In this document: positions 55,970-64,000 of the stretch, piece by piece
Layout: every line of letters starts with the position of its first letter
Numbering within the stretch: the first letter of the stretch is position 1
Source: an uncultured delta proteobacterium
Lineage (GTDB): Bacteria > Desulfobacterota > Binatia > Binatales > Binataceae
Direction of reading: 5' to 3'
Assembly: GCA_963842085.1 (NCBI GenBank)
Contig: CAWJET010000002.1
Coordinates: 448,001 to 512,000, forward strand
DNA: 64,000 nucleotides
Translations under genes and position numbers: made by a program
The notes under the pieces: model-generated
What the model was told of the DNA's origin: nothing
Seen by the model: only the letters and a program-made list of their open reading frames with translations
The model's database searches: none

Positions 55970-57265
55970 TCAAGCGTGGCGGAGCCATCGCCCGACTTCG
56001 CGCAGCGTCGGCCGCTTGCCGTACATCAGAATTCCGGTCCGGTAGATTCGTGCGCTGACGAACATAGCCGCGCCAATCGTCGCGACCAGCAAAACAAAAG
56101 ACAGCGCGACTTGCCAGACCGGCGGCTGGTGGACCGCCAGGCGCTCGAACATCAGGATCGGCGAGCAGAACGGAAACAGCGAAGCCGCCACCGAGATTGG
56201 CGCATCCGACGATGCCGCCACCGGCAGAATCATTGCCGACGCTGCAATCAGCGGCAGGATCACCACGAAGTTCCACTGCTGCGCCTCGTCAACCGAATTG
56301 AAGATCGCGCCGACGCTGGCGAAGATGGTGCTGTATAGCAGGTAGCCCAGGATGTAGAAGGCGACGAAATAGACAAGCACCGACGGACCCACGTCTAACA
56401 TCGTCATCGCGCTGCGCAGGTACATGCTGCGCGACGCACCATACGCCGCCATCGCAAACCAGACTGCGATCTGTGTCAGGCCGACGCTGCCGGTGCCGAC
56501 AATCTTGGCGATCATCAGTTCCTGCGCGCTCGCCGCACACAACAGGACCTCGGTGACGCGTGAGTTTTTCTCGTCCAGGACCGACCGCATCACCATCACA
56601 CCGTACGACAGCAGCGAAAAAAGCATCACGAACAGGAAAATGAACACGACCACGGCGCCGCGGACCGCGTTGAACACCGCCGAGGTATTACCTGCGCGGA
56701 CCGTGGTGAGATCGACCGGCGCCAGCGTCGCGGCCACGTCGCCGGCGCTGCTGCCCCGCTTCACCATGCGCTGCGCGGCAAACGCGTAAGACAACGCGTC
56801 GTCGAGCCGGCCTTGAAGAATGAAATCGCCCATCCGGCGCGTCGTGAAGACGACGTGGCGCGAAGCGAATGCCGGGCCGTCGAGCCACACATAACCCTCG
56901 AGCGCGCTGTCGTTGAGCTTCTTGTCGAGTTGCTCGTGCTCGGCCGGCGTGGCGGGCGAAACGACTGAAGCCTCGTAGCGCGTGCCATTACGGCGCATCA
57001 ATTCGCCGCGCACAAGTTCGGCCAGAGCGCGATCGTCGGAGGCGATCACGACTCGCGCCGGGCGCTCGCTGTCGCGCATGATGCCCTGGGCCGTCGAGCT
57101 GCTGATCAGCGTGGGCAGGATCAGAAATAACCCCATCAACAGCGGCGTCGCGAACGTCGAGAGAATAAACGAACGCGTTCTGACCCGTTCGAGATATTCC
57201 CGTGTCGCGATGATCCAGACTTTGTGAAGCGAGAACTCAGTCATCGCGGTTGGCGACGCGCTCAA
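55970..57265 (-). CDS. ABC-2 type transporter permease (NatB/YhaP-like)
   Basis: REYLERVRT.SF, EKNSRV.EVLL, IYRTGILMYGKR. Confidence 0.9.
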   Translation of the reverse strand: MSASPTAMTEFSLHKVWIIATREYLERVRTRSFILSTFATPLLMGLFLILPTLISSSTAQGIMRDSERPARVVIASDDRALAELVRGELMRRNGTRYEASVVSPATPAEHEQLDKKLNDSALEGYVWLDGPAFASRHVVFTTRRMGDFILQGRLDDALSYAFAAQRMVKRGSSAGDVAATLAPVDLTTVRAGNTSAVFNAVRGAVVVFIFLFVMLFSLLSYGVMVMRSVLDEKNSRVTEVLLCAASAQELMIAKIVGTGSVGLTQIAVWFAMAAYGASRSMYLRSAMTMLDVGPSVLVYFVAFYILGYLLYSTIFASVGAIFNSVDEAQQWNFVVILPLIAASAMILPVAASSDAPISVAASLFPFCSPILMFERLAVHQPPVWQVALSFVLLVATIGAAMFVSARIYRTGILMYGKRPTLREVGRWLRHA

Positions 57266-58142
57266 TGAAGATCTGCTCGAGTGACGGGTCCATCACCTGG
57301 AATCGGATGACGCGCAACCCGCGCATCGCGGTCCGGAGCAGTTCCTGGGTGTCGGCGCCTGGCTTGAGGCGCAGTTCGACGTGATTGCCGTAGTCATTCA
57401 ACGAATCGATGAGCGGATTGCCGGCCAGGCACGCACCGTCGCCTTCGTAATCGATTTGCACGAAGCGCCGGCCGTTGCTGGCTTTGACTTCGCTCAGGCT
57501 GCCTTGCAGCACCGCCTTGCCGCGATTGATCAGGCAGATCGAGTCGCAGAGCTTTTCCACCTGGTCCATCCGATGGGTCGAGAACAGGATCGACTTTCCC
57601 GCCGCGCGCAGACCGACCAGTACGTCCTTGAGCTGCATCGTGTTGACCGGATCGAGGCCGGCGAACGGCTCGTCCATCACGATCAGGTCGGGATCGTGCA
57701 ACAGCGCTGCGATGAACTGGATCTTCTGCTGCATCCCTTTCGACAACTCCTCGACGCGGCGGTCGACCCAGTCCGCAATCTCGAGACGTTTCGTCCATGC
57801 GTCGATTCGTTGCTTCGCCGCGGCGACCGATAGCCCCGCCAGCCGTCCGAGAAAAACCAGATTGGCGCCCACGCTCATCCGGCGGTATAGCCCACGCTCC
57901 TCCGGCAGATAGCCGACCCGGCGCAGCGCGCGGCGGCGCAGCGGCTCGCCAAAGAGCCGCACGATGCCCGCATCGGGCCAGGTGATGCCGATCATCATGC
58001 GGATGGTGCTGGTCTTGCCGGCGCCGTTGGGTCCGAGCAAGCCAAAGATGTGCGCTGGCGGTATCGAGAACGAGAGGCCGTCAACGGCCGCGTAGCCGCT
58101 GTACGATTTTCGGACTCCGAGCAGTTCTACCGTCGGCGTCAC
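57237..58142 (-). CDS. ABC transporter ATP-binding protein
   Basis: GPNGAGKT, YLPEERGLY, LSKGMQQK, DEPFAGLDP. Confidence 0.94.
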   Translation of the reverse strand: MTPTVELLGVRKSYSGYAAVDGLSFSIPPAHIFGLLGPNGAGKTSTIRMMIGITWPDAGIVRLFGEPLRRRALRRVGYLPEERGLYRRMSVGANLVFLGRLAGLSVAAAKQRIDAWTKRLEIADWVDRRVEELSKGMQQKIQFIAALLHDPDLIVMDEPFAGLDPVNTMQLKDVLVGLRAAGKSILFSTHRMDQVEKLCDSICLINRGKAVLQGSLSEVKASNGRRFVQIDYEGDGACLAGNPLIDSLNDYGNHVELRLKPGADTQELLRTAMRGLRVIRFQVMDPSLEQIFIERVANRDD

Positions 58143-58148
58143 CGCAGG

Positions 58149-58949
58149 CTAGTGCGCCCACACGAGTTGCGGGTTGGTCTCCCATGGATAGACGTGAACC
58201 ATCCAGCCAAACACCTGCGGGAAGAAGCGGCCGCCGGCTGCGTCGCAGGCTTCCTTGGTCGCGATCGAGCCGTTGAAGCCGAACTTGGTCCAGTCGGCAG
58301 TCTTGATGTCGGTGCCTTTGGGCGGGAAGCACAGGTTGATGTGCCGATGCCATCGCGCGACGCTCAGCGGGACGCGCTCGTCGAGCTGATCCTCGGTGGC
58401 GCCCTTGTGGTCAGTGTACATCGCGCCGATAAGCTTGTAGCCGCCGTCCTCTGTGCGCTGGTAGAGCAGCGAGGTCGGCTCGGTCGGGTTGAACTCGAAC
58501 GCGGCTTTGAGGGCGTACCAGTACCTGGTGAAATGCACCACCCTTTGTTTGAATTCGGGACGAAACGGCTTGAAGCCGTCGGCCTCGGCAACGCGATAGT
58601 CCTTGTACTTGGCGAGCGCATGCTGAAGATCGGTCACCAGGACGGCAGCGCGCGCTTTGTCGGTGGCGCTCGGGGGACGCAGGTCGGTGTACGCCATGTG
58701 CAGCGACATATTTTTCATGTCGCCGTTGGCCATGTGCATGTCGTGCTCCATTTCCGGTCCGTCTGACATGGACTCCATCTCGCCCTCTTTCATGTTCCCG
58801 GGATCGGGCTGCCCAGTGCCCGACATCTGCGACATTCCATGCCCGCCCATGTCCATGCCCTTAATGCCCTGTGCAAGGGCGGGAGCTGACATCGCAAGGG
58901 TTAGCGCGAGCACGGCGGCGACTATAGCAGCCGCAATTCGTAGCAGCAT
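58149..58949 (-). CDS. secreted protein with Met/His-rich N-terminus
   Basis: Signal peptide, an MDMGGHGM...MEHDMHM...MSLHM tract, and a globular domain with HF, WHRH..LC, C...GG.F and WMVHV. Confidence 0.8.
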   Translation of the reverse strand: MLLRIAAAIVAAVLALTLAMSAPALAQGIKGMDMGGHGMSQMSGTGQPDPGNMKEGEMESMSDGPEMEHDMHMANGDMKNMSLHMAYTDLRPPSATDKARAAVLVTDLQHALAKYKDYRVAEADGFKPFRPEFKQRVVHFTRYWYALKAAFEFNPTEPTSLLYQRTEDGGYKLIGAMYTDHKGATEDQLDERVPLSVARWHRHINLCFPPKGTDIKTADWTKFGFNGSIATKEACDAAGGRFFPQVFGWMVHVYPWETNPQLVWAH

Positions 58950-59207
58950 TGCCTGTTTTCTCCGCGAATGAGTCTATGCTGCGGACCGAGTGCAGCCAAT
59001 GAGCGAACATTCAGGCCGCATCTGCTCAAAAACCGGTCGTCCTGACTGTGGGTCCGATCATTTTGAGGCAAGTCAGAATTCGCGTTCTGGCGGGAACCAG
59101 GTTCCCAGTCGAGATGTCCATTTTTTAGAGTTCTACAATTAGTTTCGTGTTCTGGTTCGTGGTAGTCTCAGGCGATAGGCGCGGATCGCGCTCGTCGGAG
59201 GGGGAGT

Positions 59208-59897
59208 ATGTTGAGTGGGGAGCGGTATTCGGTGCAACGCCCGATACCGAAGTTTGGTCTGTCGGCGGCATTCGCCGCGATGCTTGCCGGGGCGCTGGCG
59301 GTCGGCACCTCCGGATGCGCCGTGCTGCCGTTCCTTTCAGTCATTCCGTCGGTAATCAGCTTTGCGTACAACGCTTCCACTAAGAAGAGTGATAGCGATA
59401 CCGATACGGCAGCGAAAGATCAGGACGCCGAGACGTCCACTGCGGAGACCGACACCGACTCGAACAAGCCGCCGCCCAAGCTAACCTCCGAAAATGTCTG
59501 CCACCTGCTCGCGCTGGCGCGGCCCGACCTGATGGTGGTTGAGTTGCGCAAGAACACGTCGGGCGCTCCCGAGTACCGCGAACTGCGTCTGCAGCCTGGC
59601 TCCACGGACGGCGCGCGCTGGAATCCGGTGGTCGACAACGATACCGGGCCGAACGGATGGCGTCCGGCGGTGAACTTTCTCAAGATGGGGTTCAACCCCC
59701 CGCTGAGCGATGTAATTCCCGACAACGGGACCTGCTACCTTGCGTATGCTCCAGTTTCTGCGGGGCCAGACGGTCTCAATCAGGTTGCGGAATTCAAGTC
59801 TGATTCTGGAGATGCGGCGGGAGCCTTCTCGTGGGACGGACGAGCCTATCAATACAAGGTGGCGCGCACCCTGCCCTGCCTTTCTCCGTCCTCCTAG
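59208..59897 (+). CDS. hypothetical lipoprotein
   Basis: Lipobox TSGC, an acidic linker, a Cys-containing domain; SD GGAGGGGGAG. Confidence 0.7.
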   Translation: MLSGERYSVQRPIPKFGLSAAFAAMLAGALAVGTSGCAVLPFLSVIPSVISFAYNASTKKSDSDTDTAAKDQDAETSTAETDTDSNKPPPKLTSENVCHLLALARPDLMVVELRKNTSGAPEYRELRLQPGSTDGARWNPVVDNDTGPNGWRPAVNFLKMGFNPPLSDVIPDNGTCYLAYAPVSAGPDGLNQVAEFKSDSGDAAGAFSWDGRAYQYKVARTLPCLSPSS

Positions 59898-59911
59898 CGC
59901 CCCGCTAGAAC

Positions 59912-61159
<1,248 letters not shown>

Positions 61160-61363
61160 CGGTGTCGCAATTCGCCTCTTGTTTGAATGATAGAGCGCAG
61201 ACGCGACGCGCGTTTCGATGTTTCACGGCGTCCCGCAGCACTCAGCGTATGCGGTTATCATATAGCAAAGAATTCGTGACGCCAGTATCGACGATCGCGT
61301 TTCGTTAACGCGAATCCGCCGATCGCGCTATACTCGCGCCGATAAATCGCAGCGGAGCAACCG

Positions 61364-62578
61364 ATGGATTTTACCTACACGCCGGAACAGGAAAAATTCC
61401 GCGCTGAAATCGCGGGGTGGCTCGAGAAGAACTCCGCCGAAGCTTTCGGGCGCAAGGGCGAAGGTCTCGGCGGCTCGACTGCCAGCCTGCTCGACGTTCG
61501 CGACGACGGACGCTGGAATCAGCTCCTCGACTACCATCGCCGGCTCTACAAGGCCGGTTACGTCGCGCTGCATTGGCCCAAGGAATGGGGCGGCGGCGGC
61601 GCGAGCATGATCAAACAGGCAATCTACCAGGACGAAGTGCTGCGGCTCGGGCTGCCCCTCTACGGCGCCAACCAGCTCGCGATCGATCGAATCGGCCCGA
61701 CCGTCATGCACCTCGGCACCGAGCAGCAGAAAAAGCGCTACCTGCTCAAGATGCTGACCGGCGAGGAAATCTGGTGCCAAGGTTATTCGGAACCCGGCGC
61801 GGGCTCCGACCTGGCGGGCCTGCAGACGCGCGCGGTGCTCGACGGCGACACCTTCGTGATCAACGGGCAGAAAGTGTGGACCAGTCTCGCGCATCGCGCG
61901 GACTGGCAGGTGCTGCTCGTGCGCACCGACCCGGCGGCGCCCAAGCATAAGGGGATTTCGTACCTGCTCGTCGATATGCACAGCCCTGGAATCACGGTGC
62001 GTCCGCTCGTCCAGATCACCGGCGACGCCGGCTTCAACGAGGTCTTTTACGACAACGTGCGCGTGCCCAAGGAAAACCTGGTCGGCGAGCTGAACGCCGG
62101 ATGGCAGGTGTCGATCGCAACGCTCATGTACGAGCGCGTCTCCGGCGGCACGCGGCATCCGGTGGAACGGACAATCGGCGAGCTAATCGAGCTCGCGAAG
62201 AAAGTGGATTTCGACGGCGGACCAGCGTGGAAGCATCCGTATGTGCGGCAGAAGCTCGCGCAGTTCGCGACCGAGGCGCGATGCCTGCGCCTGTCGCGTT
62301 ACCGCTCGCTGTCGGCACAGCTCAAGGGCAAGGTGCCGGGCGCGGAAAGTTCATTCGGCAAGCTGTTCGCCACCGAGCTGAACCTGCGCGTGGCGATGTT
62401 CGCCGACGAGATGCTTGGCGCGTTCGCCAACGTCGAAGGCGGCAGCGTCGGTGCGGTCGAAGGCGGCCGCTGGATGCATCGGACGCTCGCGGCGCGCGGG
62501 CTCACGATCGCGGCGGGCTCGAGCGAAATTCAGCACAACATCATCGGCGAGCGGGTCCTCAAGCTGCCCAAGGGTTAG
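61364..62578 (+). CDS. acyl-CoA dehydrogenase family protein
   Basis: WCQGYSEPGAGSDLA, NGQKVWTS, FNEVFYD, AGSSEIQ.NII.ER.L.LP. Confidence 0.95.
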   Translation: MDFTYTPEQEKFRAEIAGWLEKNSAEAFGRKGEGLGGSTASLLDVRDDGRWNQLLDYHRRLYKAGYVALHWPKEWGGGGASMIKQAIYQDEVLRLGLPLYGANQLAIDRIGPTVMHLGTEQQKKRYLLKMLTGEEIWCQGYSEPGAGSDLAGLQTRAVLDGDTFVINGQKVWTSLAHRADWQVLLVRTDPAAPKHKGISYLLVDMHSPGITVRPLVQITGDAGFNEVFYDNVRVPKENLVGELNAGWQVSIATLMYERVSGGTRHPVERTIGELIELAKKVDFDGGPAWKHPYVRQKLAQFATEARCLRLSRYRSLSAQLKGKVPGAESSFGKLFATELNLRVAMFADEMLGAFANVEGGSVGAVEGGRWMHRTLAARGLTIAAGSSEIQHNIIGERVLKLPKG

Positions 62579-62599
62579 AACCGAAGAACTTTATCTCAT

Positions 62600-62653
62600 G
62601 TGAAACCCGCCGTGGTTTCACGCTTCCTCGGGCAGGGGTGACCCCTGCACCCA
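62600..62653 (-). repeat. REP-like double-hairpin repeat, copy 3 (inverted)
   Basis: Reverse complement of the 16291/17185 element, with one C missing and one substitution relative to copy 2. It lies between convergent genes. Confidence 0.88.
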
Positions 62654-62706
62654 ATGATAGGCGCGAAATGTTGAGGACAACCTTTCGCTCTCAGGTTCTG
62701 TCCGTG

Positions 62707-62734
62707 TGTCATTCTAGAGCGAAGCGAAGAATCC
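62707..62734. repeat. short intergenic repeat of the TGTCATTCTGAGCGAAGCGAAGAATC type
   Basis: TGTCATTCTAGAGCGAAGCGAAGAATCC resembles a widespread palindromic intergenic repeat family (recognised from memory). Single copy in this window. Confidence 0.45.
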
Positions 62735-62743
62735 CGGACCTGT

Positions 62744-63238
62744 CTAGTGCGCCGAATCGAGCAGCTCCTGCAGATTGCTGGTGTCGCCACGCTCGCTCGC
62801 CGTCTCACCGGCGCGGTCGTAGAGCACATTGCCGGCGCGATCGACAACGGCAATCGTTGGGATGTAGCCGTGGTAGTAGCGCGCGATCAAAACTTGCTGC
62901 GCGAGCGACGGATTCCGCAGGTCGACCACGACGAACCGAATCTTGTCCTTGTATCGGGGATAGACTTGCACCAGGCGTTCGGCCTCGCGCGCGGTGTTCC
63001 AGCAGTTCGCGGTGCCGAAAAAGATCACGGTCGCATGGTCGGCGGCGAGCGAACCGTTGGACAGGTTTTTACCCTCGATGGGAAAGTTGGGACTCGAATC
63101 GTCCGAAAAGGAAAGGCCGGGCGCCAGTTTCAAGTCGCTGGCCGACGGACCCTGAACTTCCGCCGCGAATGCGATGGCGAAAATCAGACTTACAACGACG
63201 GAAACAGAAATCGCGAGCGCCTTGATACTCAGCTTCAT
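62744..63238 (-). CDS. secreted thioredoxin-like protein with a CxxT motif
   Basis: Signal peptide, VIFFGTANCWNT, RFVVVD, YIPT..VVD..G.V (thioredoxin fold with cis-Pro). Confidence 0.75.
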   Translation of the reverse strand: MKLSIKALAISVSVVVSLIFAIAFAAEVQGPSASDLKLAPGLSFSDDSSPNFPIEGKNLSNGSLAADHATVIFFGTANCWNTAREAERLVQVYPRYKDKIRFVVVDLRNPSLAQQVLIARYYHGYIPTIAVVDRAGNVLYDRAGETASERGDTSNLQELLDSAH

Positions 63239-63284
63239 ATCACAATAACCGAGCTGCGGGGTTGAATAGTTCCGAGGATGCCCG

Positions 63285-63959
63285 ATGCGAGCTCGAAATA
63301 ACAGTTCACAAAATTCATCGTACGGTCCGCGCGGCTATGGCGCCGAAATCGCGTACGTGGCCACGGATTCGACGCTCGGGCGCCTGCTGGTGGCCGGCAC
63401 GCGTCGCGGGATCTGCTTCGCCGCAATGGGTGATTCGGATCGGATGCTGGTCGCGGAGCTGCGCGGCGACTATCCGCTCGCGACGATTCGGATCTGCGAG
63501 CCGAATCGACGCGAGGATTTGCGCATCGGCCAATGGGCCTATGCGCTCGCGGACTACATAGCAGGCCGCGGGAACCTGCCGACGCCGCCGATGGATATCC
63601 GCGGGACTGCATTTCAGTTCGCTGTGTGGGAGCAGCTTCGCGCGATTCCGGCAGGCGAGACGTGCTCGTATTCCGACATCGCGCGGCGAATCGGACGGCC
63701 GCGCGCCGTCCGCGCGGTCGGCACCGCCAACGGCGCAAACCCGGTAGCGATTGTCATCCCGTGTCATCGCGCGATTCGTGCGTCCGGGCATCTCGGCGGA
63801 TACCGATGGGGGTTGAAGCGGAAGCGGCTGCTGCTCGAGATGGAAAGAAGGTGCCAGCCCCTGCGGATGAGCCAGGGAGGAAAGATAGATGCAGACGAGG
63901 CGTCAAACCGCCCAGCGTGCATCCGGAGCCCGAAGGTCCAAATCCTTCCCGGGTGGTGA
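63285..63959 (+). CDS. ogt: methylated-DNA--protein-cysteine methyltransferase (Ada C-terminal/Ogt-like)
   Basis: GTAFQ..VW..L..IP.G...SY, RAVGTA, NPV...IPCHR, GGYRWG...K..LL. Confidence 0.92.
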   Translation: MRARNNSSQNSSYGPRGYGAEIAYVATDSTLGRLLVAGTRRGICFAAMGDSDRMLVAELRGDYPLATIRICEPNRREDLRIGQWAYALADYIAGRGNLPTPPMDIRGTAFQFAVWEQLRAIPAGETCSYSDIARRIGRPRAVRAVGTANGANPVAIVIPCHRAIRASGHLGGYRWGLKRKRLLLEMERRCQPLRMSQGGKIDADEASNRPACIRSPKVQILPGW

Positions 63960-63988
63960 ACCCACGCACTGAAGGTCCAAAACCTTCC
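63932..63988 (+). repeat. two tandem hairpins GAAGGTCCAAA(T/A)CCTTCC, 39-bp period
   Basis: Copies at 63932-63949 and 63971-63988 are 17/18 identical, each with a GAAGG/CCTTC stem. Confidence 0.7.
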
Positions 63989-64000
63989 GAGCGTGAAGCC

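Noticed and set aside
61219-61234. Second parS upstream of icd (TGTTTCACG...)
   Set aside because: Half-site only; the right half does not match.
63285-63959. Full bifunctional Ada or a truncated ada pseudogene
   Set aside because: No N-terminal Zn/AraC domain or remnant upstream. The stand-alone methyltransferase with intact PCHR is a common form.
63932-64000. Possible CRISPR array
   Set aside because: Only two 18-bp units with a 21-bp spacer, too short for CRISPR, and no cas genes in the window.

Overview
A 64 kb GC-rich bacterial chromosome segment. Gene content and style suggest a diderm soil lineage of the Deltaproteobacteria/Binatota kind; this is inference only. The window appears to span the replication terminus: a near-perfect Xer dif site lies at 23575-23602, KOPS-like GGGNAGGG motifs point toward it, and gene orientation is mostly + to its left and mostly - to its right. 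From left to right: (1) a lower-GC accessory patch with small ORFs, DUF4145 and a frameshifted PEGA lipoprotein, ending at tRNA-Leu(CAG); (2) valS-nadC-birA, a divergent EF-G paralog, and a DUF2905/NtrY-like kinase/receiver-LpxC fusion operon; (3) SDR, PPIase, NRDE flanked by REP-like repeats, a parS-like palindrome, an FAD oxidoreductase, MoxR/VWA, DUF151, TPR, DsbA, dGTPase, rlpA and an HExxH lipoprotein; (4) a long minus-strand run: recG, a pyr operon with a PyrR attenuator (pyrR, a PyrB-PyrI(Zn)-X-PyrR fusion, pyrC, carAB), MFS, lepB/lepA, epimerase/ugd/GT2, pfkB, mtnP, rlmN, ndk, sucCD, sdhCAB, mdh, an ABC/Met-rich insert and icd; (5) acyl-CoA dehydrogenase, a thioredoxin variant and ogt. 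The two best candidates for undescribed biology are a two-component system whose response regulator is itself the lipid A enzyme LpxC, and an ATCase whose allosteric module appears rebuilt from a PyrR copy. Several single-base homopolymer indels suggest assembly errors, so fusions and frameshifts need read-level confirmation. All calls were made by eye; no database searches were run.
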